Sequence record: OP744025
Strand: one strand, 5' to 3'
Length of the DNA stretch: 64,000 bases
Origin: Escherichia phage A5-4
Each line of letters starts with the position of its first letter. Position 1 is the first letter of the stretch. Under the pieces are notes generated by a model. It did no database searches. It was not told the DNA's origin and saw only the letters and a list, made by a program, of their open reading frames with translations. Below are positions 55,010 to 63,989 of this stretch, in pieces. Position numbers and translations under genes: made by a program.

Positions 55010-55351
55010 TCAATAGTTATTTCTTAAAATTTCAATTCCGTATCGCTTAAAAACTTCCTTCGCTGCCATAAACTTCTGTGCTGCACTTGGATTTGAAGTA
55101 TGAACAAACAGAACAGCAGGATACAGGATCGGCTTCCCAAATACAAGCTTTTCTTCTAACATTTCTAAACAACGGTAGCCTTCTTTTGAATCTTCACCAA
55201 GGTCATTGTCGAAGTGCCATTCTGTTACCCGACGATACATTTTATTGGGGTCATCAAGGAACTCGATAAACTGGTCAGAATTTTTAAACCAGATGGCATC
55301 ATCATGCCCGTAATCTTTTGGATCTCTCAAATCATCAAGCCAAATCTTCAT
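55010..55351 (-). CDS. hypothetical protein (inserted between nrdA and nrdB)
   Basis: own promoter at 55381-55408 and AGGAGG RBS. Confidence 0.55.
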   Translation of the reverse strand: MKIWLDDLRDPKDYGHDDAIWFKNSDQFIEFLDDPNKMYRRVTEWHFDNDLGEDSKEGYRCLEMLEEKLVFGKPILYPAVLFVHTSNPSAAQKFMAAKEVFKRYGIEILRNNY

Positions 55352-55380
55352 CTTTTCCTCCTGTCTCGTTTATGTGGTTT

Positions 55381-55408
55381 ATTATACGGATTACCTTACC
55401 GAAGTCAA
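55381..55408 (-). promoter_or_regulatory. sigma70-like promoter inside nrdA-nrdB insert
   Basis: minus strand TTGACT, 16 nt, TATAAT, then AGGAGG RBS and ATG at 55351. Confidence 0.55.
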
Positions 55409-55413
55409 TAAAA

Positions 55414-55433
55414 AACCGCCCCGAAGGGCGGTT
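55414..55433 (-). terminator. terminator hairpin AACCGCCCCGAAGGGCGGTT (copy 1)
   Basis: perfect 8-bp stem, CGAA loop, T-run on minus strand; identical copies at 55639 and 61459. Confidence 0.65.
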
Positions 55434-55437
55434 AATT

Positions 55438-55626
55438 TTAATTGTACTTGTTGAGAATGTTAAACATATCTTTTGCAATATATTTATTGTCTCGACAACC
55501 AGCAAGGTTGTTACGAAGTGCAGCCATATAGATCTCTGTGCCGCAACCTGGGTAGGATGTGCCGAATCTTTTTGCCTGTCGTTTAAATGTCCAACGATCA
55601 ATAAAGAACCACGAGATAAATTTCAT
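55438..55626 (-). CDS. hypothetical small protein (inserted between nrdA and nrdB)
   Basis: 62 aa; flanked by identical hairpins AACCGCCCCGAAGGGCGGTT; GAGGAGG RBS. Confidence 0.5.
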   Translation of the reverse strand: MKFISWFFIDRWTFKRQAKRFGTSYPGCGTEIYMAALRNNLAGCRDNKYIAKDMFNILNKYN

Positions 55627-55638
55627 ATTCCTCCTCAG

Positions 55639-55658
55639 AACCGCCCCGAAGGGCGGTT
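55639..55658 (-). promoter_or_regulatory. hairpin AACCGCCCCGAAGGGCGGTT (copy 2) in 5' leader of small ORF
   Basis: identical hairpin directly upstream of GAGGAGG RBS; no T-run on minus strand. Confidence 0.5.
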
Positions 55659-55666
55659 ATTTATTG

Positions 55667-57925
55667 TCACAGTTTACAAGCACCTGATTCGCAGCCTTCA
55701 TCCTCTTCATCTTCACCATCACGAGTTTCTTGATAGTAAACAGTCTTCAGGCCAATCTTGTAAGCATACATCAGGTCACGCAGTACAATCTTAATCGGCA
55801 GTTTGCCACCTGGATAATCCCAAGGTTTGTAGAAGGTATTGGTCGAGATCGACTGGTCAATAAACTTCTGGATGATAGCCATCAGGTTAAGATAAGCTGT
55901 CGGTCCGTTCATATCCCATTTGTACTCGTATACCACACCTTCCTCACCAACACCAGGAACCAGCGTCGGAAGCATACCCGCAGGTGACTTCTTAAACGTC
56001 ACTGGACCACGAGGAGGTTCAATGCCGTTGGTAGAGTTAGTGATCTGGCTCGATGTTTCACAAGGCATCATTGTGGACAACGTTGAGTTACGTAATCCGT
56101 GCAATGCGATATCCAGACGCAAACTTTCCCAATCTTGTTGCAATTCTGCGGTATGCAACTGATCAACTTCTTTCTTGTAGCGATCGATAGGTAAGATGCC
56201 ACGAGAATAAGATGTTTGATCGTACCACTCACAAGCACCACGCTCTTTCGCCAACTGAACAGAAGCTTTCAGCAGGTAGAACTGGAATGCTTCCGCGAGT
56301 TTATGAACTTCATTGGCAGCTTCCGGCGAACTATATTTAAGTCCACGTTTAGCCAAGTAATACGCCAAGTTAGTCCAGCCAATACCTAAAGTACGACGCA
56401 GTAACGTTTTCTCTGCTGCAAGAACAGGGTAGTTCTGATAATCAAGCAGGTTATCAAGAGCACGTACCGTGATCATAACAGGTTCTTCTAAATCTTCAAG
56501 CTTCTCGATCTTTCCGAGGTTGATTGCTGATAAAGTACACAGTGCAACTTCACCAGAATCTTTCGGGTCCTTAATGTTATTGATCGGAGCCGTAGGTAAT
56601 GCAATTTCCATACACAGGTTAGACTGCTTAATCGGAGCCACTTCAGGAAGGAACGGACTGTTGCTATTGCAATGGTCAACGTTCTGAATATAAATACGAC
56701 CCGTCTGGCTACGTTCTTGAGCTAAACGAGTGAAAGCATCAGTCGCTTCAAGCTCTTTGCGAGGAATGGAAGGATCTGCTTCCAATTTCTCATACAGTTC
56801 TGCAAATGCTTCTTGATCCGAGAAGAAGTATTTATACAGATCACCGTTTGCTACGTTTGGATGGAAGAAACTGATCTTGCCACCTTTCTGTAAGCGAGTA
56901 TAGAAGAACTTGTTGATCTGAACACCATAATCAACATGTCGTGCACGGGTGCTTTCAGTACCACGGTTGTTCTTCATTACGATCAGGTTTTCAAAGTCCC
57001 AGTGCCAAATCGGGTAGAAGTAGTTAGCTGAAGCTTTACGCAGACCACCTTGAGATGCCCAACCTAAAGATTCTTGATACATTCGAACAATGCCAACCGT
57101 ACCTGCATGTTTAACTTCCCCGCCGCGAATAGGAGCGTCCTGTCCACGAATAGCACCAAAGTTCAAACCGATACCTGCTCGCTGTGCTGCATACTTACCT
57201 TGTGCTTCAACTGCTGCAAAGATCTGGTTAATATCATCACCGGACTCAATCAGTACACAAGAACTGAATTGTCGAGTCGGGGTTCGTACCCCACCCATAA
57301 TCGGAGTAGGCAGAGAAACCTTCATGGTAGAAACCATATTGTACAGATCAATCACTTTTTGTAAACGCTTCTTAGGATCTTCTTTACTCATCAAACACAT
57401 TGCGATCAGCATCAGTGCTGTCTGAGGGGATTCAAAGATTTCACCTGTTACACGATCCTTGACCAAATACTTATCTTCATACTGACGCATAGCTGCGTAA
57501 GTGTAATCAAAATCACGGTCATGATCGATAACTGTATCTAAGAATTCAATCTCTTCCTTCGTATAATCTGAAATCAGATGTTCATCGTATTTACCGCGAG
57601 CCACAGTCATAAGAATGTGAGCATACAGTGGACGAGGTTCAAAACCACCATAAGCCTGCTTACGCAGTTTAAACAGAAGCAGACGTGCTGCTGGATACTG
57701 ATAGTTTGGACTTTCTACACTAATTAGGTCCGCTGCGGACTTGATCAGGGTATCGTGGATCGCGTCTGTTTCTACACCATCATACATCTGAATCTGAGAT
57801 TTCATCAGGATATCAGAAGGACTTACATCATTAACCCCTTCACAAGACCAAACTACAACACGGTTTATTTTCTCAGCTTCGAATTTCTCTACAGAACCAT
57901 TACGCTTACGAACAGTAATACCCAA
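55667..57925 (-). CDS. nrdA: ribonucleotide reductase class Ia alpha subunit
   Basis: 752 aa; N-terminal ATP-cone-like region, C-terminal CESGACKL tail; strong resemblance to E. coli NrdA. Confidence 0.9.
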   Translation of the reverse strand: MGITVRKRNGSVEKFEAEKINRVVVWSCEGVNDVSPSDILMKSQIQMYDGVETDAIHDTLIKSAADLISVESPNYQYPAARLLLFKLRKQAYGGFEPRPLYAHILMTVARGKYDEHLISDYTKEEIEFLDTVIDHDRDFDYTYAAMRQYEDKYLVKDRVTGEIFESPQTALMLIAMCLMSKEDPKKRLQKVIDLYNMVSTMKVSLPTPIMGGVRTPTRQFSSCVLIESGDDINQIFAAVEAQGKYAAQRAGIGLNFGAIRGQDAPIRGGEVKHAGTVGIVRMYQESLGWASQGGLRKASANYFYPIWHWDFENLIVMKNNRGTESTRARHVDYGVQINKFFYTRLQKGGKISFFHPNVANGDLYKYFFSDQEAFAELYEKLEADPSIPRKELEATDAFTRLAQERSQTGRIYIQNVDHCNSNSPFLPEVAPIKQSNLCMEIALPTAPINNIKDPKDSGEVALCTLSAINLGKIEKLEDLEEPVMITVRALDNLLDYQNYPVLAAEKTLLRRTLGIGWTNLAYYLAKRGLKYSSPEAANEVHKLAEAFQFYLLKASVQLAKERGACEWYDQTSYSRGILPIDRYKKEVDQLHTAELQQDWESLRLDIALHGLRNSTLSTMMPCETSSQITNSTNGIEPPRGPVTFKKSPAGMLPTLVPGVGEEGVVYEYKWDMNGPTAYLNLMAIIQKFIDQSISTNTFYKPWDYPGGKLPIKIVLRDLMYAYKIGLKTVYYQETRDGEDEEDEGCESGACKL

Positions 57926-57936
57926 TTTATTTCTCC

Positions 57937-58185
57937 TTATTTAGTTTCAGTTTTAGTTGCAGACTTGTTGATCAGGGTATCATATTTATCGACATTTTCA
58001 AGTGTCGGTTCACCTAATCGAACAGTTAATCCAGAATATTGATCGTGGTAAGTGTCGTCATAACCAAACGAGTCATCAACCAGATCATTAAACTGCAACC
58101 AACCTAAGTATTCATGCTTACTTGCAAAACCACGCTGGAACCATTTAGTTTGTTCAACCGGAACTGTTAATTTAGATTTACCCAT
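57937..58185 (-). CDS. hypothetical protein
   Basis: ORF track. Confidence 0.5.
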   Translation of the reverse strand: MGKSKLTVPVEQTKWFQRGFASKHEYLGWLQFNDLVDDSFGYDDTYHDQYSGLTVRLGEPTLENVDKYDTLINKSATKTETK

Positions 58186-58199
58186 AATATCTCTCCTTA

Positions 58200-58673
58200 T
58201 TATTTAATCAGTGTTTCAGAAAACTCAGGAAGATCCATAACGATTGTTTCGGAACGATCTTCTTTTCGTGTGTACTTACGGGTATTCACCTTTTCAACAA
58301 CCGGAATATCAAAATCTAAAGAGTTAACAAAAGCTGTTGCTTTTGAACTTCTAACATCCAGAATGTCCATCTTTTCATAGATATCTACCAGCGGGAATTC
58401 TGATTTGTCACGTAGACGTCCAGAAAACACTGTTGTTTCACGGCAAAGGTACGGCTTGTCGATACAACGCACATTCACTCGGTTAATTCGGTCAATCTGG
58501 CAAGGTTTATATTCACCAGTCTCTTCATTCAGAATTGAAACTTGGAAACCGATCAGGTGAAGGACTTTACGAAGAGTTTTGTCATCCTTCGGGTCGAAGT
58601 TCATGATTTTTGCACATTCCAAAATGAAATCCAGAGTTACTGCACCGTATTTAACTTCTTTCTTAAAACCCAT
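58200..58673 (-). CDS. hypothetical protein
   Basis: start moved to ATG 58673 with GAGGAG RBS. Confidence 0.5.
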   Translation of the reverse strand: MGFKKEVKYGAVTLDFILECAKIMNFDPKDDKTLRKVLHLIGFQVSILNEETGEYKPCQIDRINRVNVRCIDKPYLCRETTVFSGRLRDKSEFPLVDIYEKMDILDVRSSKATAFVNSLDFDIPVVEKVNTRKYTRKEDRSETIVMDLPEFSETLIK

Positions 58674-58760
58674 TTTAATCTCCTCGTACAACATTTTAAA
58701 AGTGGGGCAACATGCCCCAGCGCCGATAATGATATAAAATTAACTAACCAATGTCAATAA

Positions 58761-59783
58761 TTATTTTGCAACATGTCCAGGAATTAACTGACGATGTTGA
58801 ACAAACCCTTTCAGGTTACCACTCCAGAAGTTACCGTCGCGATCTACGTGAGTAATGCCTTCTTCCCAAGATTCTGGACACCACGGCACGTTCACCATGC
58901 TCTGCCCTTCTTCAACATCCTCACACGTTTCCTGGATCTCCTTCGCCTGATGCTCGAATGGAGAAGCGTGAACCTTTTTACCCGATACAAGCTTGGCATA
59001 AATATCCAGAGCCTTATCTTTCGTATTGTTAAGACGACGATAACTTACCTGCCCACAACAAGAGGAAGAGATAGACAAAGCTTCTTCTTCAGACAGCATA
59101 ATATGATTACCATCTTCATCCTGTACACAATACCCTGCGAAAATATGTCCATCGCCCAAAGGTCCAGAGTCGAAGCAATGATCTACGTAAGGAGTATGCC
59201 ACACCCCAGGCTGTAACCATTCTGGAGTAGAAGCTTTATAAGCTTCGTGCATTTTCTTAGCCAATACTTCGATCGTTGGATCTGCATCTGCATCAACACG
59301 TAGCCAGAAGAAGTTTTCAAATTCCGTTGCTGTAACGATAGTCTTCATCATCTGGAACGGTTCGATCAATCGGTTAGCAATCTGCTTATGGAACCCTGCC
59401 GTCTCGAAACGTTCTGCCCATTCACAGGCATTTTCCGCAGCCTTGGCCCAAGCTTCTCGTCCGGTACAGTACAGTTCATGACACACGCCACTTGTATCTT
59501 CCACCCAATCATACCATACTTTACCATCATGTTCTGTTCCTTTATCCTGCATACCAGGTTGGTTAGCACCAAATCGAACAGGCATTGCCATATTTTCACG
59601 GATCAGTTTAACCATTGTCTTGATCGGCACTGCACGAGAAGACATTGCATTTCGGCTAAACAGTCGGTGCGTCATAAGTTCTGAGTGAATGAATCGAGGA
59701 TAGGTCAATTCAAACGTGGTGATACGAGCTTTACTACGATAGCCAACAGAATCTGCAATAATACGGGCTTCAATCATGGACAT
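58761..59783 (-). CDS. thyX: ThyX-family (flavin-dependent thymidylate synthase-like) protein, atypical
   Basis: THRLFSRNAMSSR matches ThyX signature RHR-x7-S except first Arg is Thr; FFW motif; 340 aa, longer than canonical ThyX. Confidence 0.55.
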   Translation of the reverse strand: MSMIEARIIADSVGYRSKARITTFELTYPRFIHSELMTHRLFSRNAMSSRAVPIKTMVKLIRENMAMPVRFGANQPGMQDKGTEHDGKVWYDWVEDTSGVCHELYCTGREAWAKAAENACEWAERFETAGFHKQIANRLIEPFQMMKTIVTATEFENFFWLRVDADADPTIEVLAKKMHEAYKASTPEWLQPGVWHTPYVDHCFDSGPLGDGHIFAGYCVQDEDGNHIMLSEEEALSISSSCCGQVSYRRLNNTKDKALDIYAKLVSGKKVHASPFEHQAKEIQETCEDVEEGQSMVNVPWCPESWEEGITHVDRDGNFWSGNLKGFVQHRQLIPGHVAK

Positions 59784-59799
59784 TCAAATCTCCTCTCTA

Positions 59800-60006
59800 T
59801 TAATTTAAATCTTCAACAAATTGTGGCAAGTAATCTTCAATTGGGCTACTCAAATCATTTTCTCTTACAATTTCCAAGTTAGCAAGTCTTTTCTTTGCCA
59901 AGTAAGAAATAAATTCCTTAGTATCTACCCTGTGTCCTTCTAGTGCCAACTTACCGTCAATATAAACACCTTCCCAATCTTCACCTTCGAAAAATACTAT
60001 TTTCAT
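59800..60006 (-). CDS. hypothetical protein
   Basis: ORF track. Confidence 0.5.
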   Translation of the reverse strand: MKIVFFEGEDWEGVYIDGKLALEGHRVDTKEFISYLAKKRLANLEIVRENDLSSPIEDYLPQFVEDLN

Positions 60007-60188
60007 TTTATTTTCCTGATTTTGTAATCAACACGAACATCATACATAACGTGAAGATACATGTCAAACATTTCTTTGCACATATCGCTTTTTACTTTGA
60101 AGGAAGCCAAAAGGCTTCCATTTTCTTTAGAAAGGATCTCTACATAATCCCCTTCCCTAACTACCCACCTTCCTTTACCACATCTCAA
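60003..60188 (-). CDS. hypothetical protein
   Basis: ORF track; 4-nt overlaps both sides. Confidence 0.5.
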   Translation of the reverse strand: MRCGKGRWVVREGDYVEILSKENGSLLASFKVKSDMCKEMFDMYLHVMYDVRVDYKIRKIK

Positions 60189-60790
60189 GATTCTCTCTCC
60201 AAAATAAATTCAGCAATCGATGCCCAATCGCTAGTTACCAAGTCGTAACATCCGATCTCTTCTTCATCTTGACTGAAGGGTGTATCATACTTGATTTTTA
60301 CTACCTTGTCACTAAATTGATTCAAAAATTTATTACGATCATCAATGATGTAATCACCCGAAACTCCAGCCTTGTACTTTGTAGCATAAAAACCACACCC
60401 GTCTGTTCCATTTTCAAGGTCCAGGTTAGGGAAGTGTCGCTTCAAGAAACGAACCTTACTGCTAAAATGACCTTTCTTGCAATAAGAAACAAACCGAATA
60501 GGGAATCCTGCGGCATGTAACTTGTTGATTGCATCTACCGCTCCCGCAATAGGGAACATCTTATCATACAAGAAAGGATCTTCCCAATAATCATACGGAG
60601 GGATAGCCTTCTTACAGCGATCAGGGAAGTACCGAGAAAGATTGTAATCAAAATACCCATTCTCGCTAATGTCCTTTTCCATAAGGTCAGAATCAGCCTC
60701 CATATTATAGATGCTTTCCATCCAGTGCAACCAAGGCCATCCAGAATCAACGATAGTTAAGTCAACATCCACAATGATCGCTTTTTTCAT
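60185..60790 (-). CDS. HAD-superfamily phosphatase (5'-nucleotidase-like)
   Basis: N-terminal DVDLT (DxDxT) motif; adjacent to dNMP kinase. Confidence 0.6.
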   Translation of the reverse strand: MKKAIIVDVDLTIVDSGWPWLHWMESIYNMEADSDLMEKDISENGYFDYNLSRYFPDRCKKAIPPYDYWEDPFLYDKMFPIAGAVDAINKLHAAGFPIRFVSYCKKGHFSSKVRFLKRHFPNLDLENGTDGCGFYATKYKAGVSGDYIIDDRNKFLNQFSDKVVKIKYDTPFSQDEEEIGCYDLVTSDWASIAEFILERES

Positions 60791-61429
60791 TTACTCTTTC
60801 CCCTCTGAGAGTTTGATAATTAATTTTGCAGTTTCAGTTAGCTTACCATTAACGTTTTCAACGTCGAAATCTCTAGGTCGTGCACTTTCAGGGAAATTCT
60901 CAGAGTAAATATAATTACGAGAATCACCTTCAAAAGTTAATTTATTACCTGTTCGTGGATCAGTACGATGTAAACGGATCAGGGTGTAATCACCATTTAC
61001 CGCTTTAACTACCGGAACACTTTCATGAATAAATCCACCATCAGAGCTAATAAATGTACAAGTATAACCATCCATTTCCATACTTTTCGCAATATCTTTA
61101 ACACGCTTGGCAAGAGCAACACCGAAGTATTCTTCCCCGAAGAGAGGCTTCGCAACATTCTCCGAGATGTGGATCAGCCAGTTACGTGGGGACACTTGTT
61201 TACCTGCAACATTAAAATATGGTTGAGGTACTTCTTTATAATCACGGTGGTAAAGTGCATCCCACAGTTCACGATTAATACCTGCAATACGAATAGCTAG
61301 ATCGATAAGGGAACCTTTAAACTCCACATGAATACCCACGTTGTTGCCTACGGTAACTAACTGAGCGATCTCACCAGCAAGAGCATCTTTACCAGAAAAA
61401 GCAGGACCATTCAAATTGATAAATTTCAT
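60791..61429 (-). CDS. deoxynucleoside monophosphate kinase-like P-loop kinase
   Basis: NGPAFSGKD P-loop at N-terminus; 212 aa. Confidence 0.6.
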   Translation of the reverse strand: MKFINLNGPAFSGKDALAGEIAQLVTVGNNVGIHVEFKGSLIDLAIRIAGINRELWDALYHRDYKEVPQPYFNVAGKQVSPRNWLIHISENVAKPLFGEEYFGVALAKRVKDIAKSMEMDGYTCTFISSDGGFIHESVPVVKAVNGDYTLIRLHRTDPRTGNKLTFEGDSRNYIYSENFPESARPRDFDVENVNGKLTETAKLIIKLSEGKE

Positions 61430-61458
61430 ATTAATCTCCTCTCAGTTTCACAATAAAA

Positions 61459-61478
61459 AACCGCCCCGAAGGGCGGTT
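61459..61478 (-). terminator. terminator hairpin AACCGCCCCGAAGGGCGGTT (copy 3)
   Basis: followed by T6 on minus strand, 30 nt upstream of dNMP kinase start. Confidence 0.65.
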
Positions 61479-61487
61479 AAATCAAAA

Positions 61488-62582
61488 TTACAGAATGTTT
61501 GCCAGCGTTTTCTTCATCGCTGCCTTCTCGCGAACATTCTGACGATCTCGTGCACAAGAACCACATTCTTGACAACGATAAATCTTGAACTTAGACAAGA
61601 ACGTTACTGCTGACTTACCTTCCTCAATAACCAAGTCGTCACTACCACAACGAACACAACGCATTGCCGTCTGATCTTTGTGGAACAATGCAATGTTCGG
61701 ATGTTTACGCATGAAAGGTCGTACAGTCAGATACAGTTCTTCCAGCGTTGGAATATCACCAATGTTATATTCTTCCATCTCTTCAAATGCGGTTGGGTCA
61801 CCTTCAACACAACGTCGCCACAGACTGAAACCTTCGTGCGACAGCTTACGACTATCAAGTTCAAAATAGTTACATGCTGCTTCAAGTGCATTTGAAGGAA
61901 GAGAGAAAGCTTCTTTCAGTGCAGCCAATGTATCGATCGTAATGTAAGGACTTGGTGGTTGCATACCGTAATATGCGAAACGCTGATTTGCCCAACCACG
62001 GTCAAAGCGAGCATTATGTGCGATGAAGATATCACATTCATCCAGAACTTTCCACAGGTCTTCGATCAACTTACGATCTGACTGGTGATCTCGTGCAAAC
62101 TCTTCTGGATAATCCGTCAGCTTACGGCTGAAGATCGACGGGTTGTGCAACCACTTACCAGCAAATGTCAGCATGTACGGTTCCATAATTACCTGCTTCG
62201 GTGCAATGAACTGTTTAAATCGTCCAAACGAATATGCAACAGAAGGAGATGTTTCAACGTCACCAAGGAAAACTTTAGCACCTGGGTTCTGCTCTTTGAT
62301 CTTTTCAATGAAATCTTTTTGAATCTTAGCAACAGGTTCACCACCCGACTCTTTCTGCTGCATATATTCTGCATAGTTTTCGTAATCTTCATACGCCGGA
62401 GTGATTTCAAGGAGTTCTTTAACGCTTGAAACATCATTCTTTTCAATTTCACGACGGATCATATTACGAACCGTGGATTCCTGAGACTCTTTACCCAATT
62501 GGCGAGCTACTTCGCGCTGAGACAGACCGTGTTTCATCAGTTGCAGAACTTGTTCAACAGTAAAAGTTACTTTATTAGTCAC
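61488..62582 (-). CDS. DEDD-type 3'-5' exonuclease (RNase H-like fold) with N-terminal HTH
   Basis: GDVETS (Exo I-like) and FIAHNARFD (Exo II-like); N-terminal LSQREVARQLG helix-turn-helix. Confidence 0.6.
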   Translation of the reverse strand: MTNKVTFTVEQVLQLMKHGLSQREVARQLGKESQESTVRNMIRREIEKNDVSSVKELLEITPAYEDYENYAEYMQQKESGGEPVAKIQKDFIEKIKEQNPGAKVFLGDVETSPSVAYSFGRFKQFIAPKQVIMEPYMLTFAGKWLHNPSIFSRKLTDYPEEFARDHQSDRKLIEDLWKVLDECDIFIAHNARFDRGWANQRFAYYGMQPPSPYITIDTLAALKEAFSLPSNALEAACNYFELDSRKLSHEGFSLWRRCVEGDPTAFEEMEEYNIGDIPTLEELYLTVRPFMRKHPNIALFHKDQTAMRCVRCGSDDLVIEEGKSAVTFLSKFKIYRCQECGSCARDRQNVREKAAMKKTLANIL

Positions 62583-62592
62583 TAAAAACTCC

Positions 62593-62838
62593 TTATTTAA
62601 AAAATTCGATTACATCGGCAACAGCAAAGTCACGGATATCTTGTTTATCTACATCATACGCTTTCATAAACCACTGTTCGCCACGATGATACGGCGATTC
62701 ACCATACCACATCACTGGCGTTCCAGTTACAGTACGATAACCACACTCACCTTTCCAATTGCGGTAATAAAACCGCAAGGTTGGTAAACCGTAGGTGTTA
62801 TGGTCAACTTCTTGACTCATACAAATAACCCTCCTCAA
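62593..62838 (-). CDS. hypothetical protein
   Basis: ORF track. Confidence 0.5.
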   Translation of the reverse strand: MRRVICMSQEVDHNTYGLPTLRFYYRNWKGECGYRTVTGTPVMWYGESPYHRGEQWFMKAYDVDKQDIRDFAVADVIEFFK

Positions 62839-63382
62839 GTTTATCGATAAACGCTTTCACATAAAGAGTTATCATCTCTCCTTTATCCAAACCCTCATCG
62901 ATAACTACATTGTACCTCAATAAAGCGTTCGTTGCAATTGTTTCTTTCTTTAATCTCTTCAAATATTTTTTCAGGTCAGCAACAATCTCACCATGAAACT
63001 TTCTTGAAGAGTAATCCCTTTCGAGATAGTCAGCCATTCTACGCAGAACTTCACTCATTGTCAAGTCTGTTTTATCTTCCATGTGCTTAGACCAAAGTTT
63101 TTGTACACCACCTTCGAAAAGGTTCAGTGTGCTTCCAATAACACCTCTGACCTTTCCGTCAAAGTGATCATGGTCTAAACAAGGCTTCTCCATAACTTCA
63201 CCCAGTATAGCACAAACTCCTTGTTGGTCAAGCAATATTTCATCACGATATTTTGCTATTTCTTTTGACCCACTTACCCAAAGATCCTTATTTAGTTTCA
63301 CACGGATAGGTGTAGTCGCCTTATCCTTTGCTGTGAATAGAGGCTTCTTTGACCGCCGCTTCCTCACTCTCGGTACTCGCAT
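62804..63382 (-). CDS. recombination endonuclease VII-like Holliday junction resolvase
   Basis: CLDHDHFDGKVRGVIGSTLNLFEGG closely resembles the T4 gp49 active-site region; GGAGGGAG RBS. Confidence 0.75.
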   Translation of the reverse strand: MRVPRVRKRRSKKPLFTAKDKATTPIRVKLNKDLWVSGSKEIAKYRDEILLDQQGVCAILGEVMEKPCLDHDHFDGKVRGVIGSTLNLFEGGVQKLWSKHMEDKTDLTMSEVLRRMADYLERDYSSRKFHGEIVADLKKYLKRLKKETIATNALLRYNVVIDEGLDKGEMITLYVKAFIDKLEEGYLYESRS

Positions 63383-63989
63383 GTACTCCCTCCAAGGCTA
63401 AAGCCATTAAGAACTCACCATGTGTTGGTTCAAGAGGGTTTTCAAAATACTCTTCCATTCCGAAACGATAAAGTGACATTGGGAAGTTTATACTACTAAA
63501 CAAGCTGTTGTCAACATTATTTTTAAATTCCGGTGGGACGTTCGTATCAAATTCCCTAAAGAATTCAGATCGACTAGAGTTTATAAAAACCCTTAGAGCA
63601 TTATCAAAAATTGGATTACCTTTTTGCTTAGTCAGATAAAGCAATTCTTTTAGCGAAGCCTTATCAGAAACAGACTTAAAAGAATATCCACTAATAATGA
63701 TCTCGTCAAAACACATACCTCTAACTTTTTGCCAAAAAGACCACTGTGCAGAACTGATCGTCTGAATGTGCATGTTCAGCTTAGACCGTTCATTAAACAG
63801 GTTTATATCGTAACCACTACGATCTTTCTGATAAGAACCAAACCCCAAGCTATTTGCAGTGTGCTTCAGTTTAGCAATGAAATCCCCCCTTTCGAGGGTA
63901 TTCCAACAGATCACTAATTTCTTACTTTGGTAAAACTCTTCCGATTCGTATCGTTCAATAACCGTTTCGTTCAAGGTAGCATCTCCCAA
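63321..63989 (-). CDS. hypothetical protein
   Basis: 222 aa; track start is TTG next to window end, true start uncertain. Confidence 0.45.
   Translation of the reverse strand: MGDATLNETVIERYESEEFYQSKKLVICWNTLERGDFIAKLKHTANSLGFGSYQKDRSGYDINLFNERSKLNMHIQTISSAQWSFWQKVRGMCFDEIIISGYSFKSVSDKASLKELLYLTKQKGNPIFDNALRVFINSSRSEFFREFDTNVPPEFKNNVDNSLFSSINFPMSLYRFGMEEYFENPLEPTHGEFLMALALEGVHASTESEEAAVKEASIHSKG

Noticed and set aside
55318-57425. Plus-strand ORFs antisense to nrdA and the nrdA-nrdB insert (55318-55794, 55730-55987, 57074-57425 and others)
   Set aside because: nrdA identity is strong; antisense ORFs lack starts with RBS and are low-complexity
49652-57925. Group I introns or inteins in nrdA, nrdB or nrdD
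   Set aside because: All three reading frames are continuous and of canonical length with conserved termini; the only insertion is intergenic (55010-55662)
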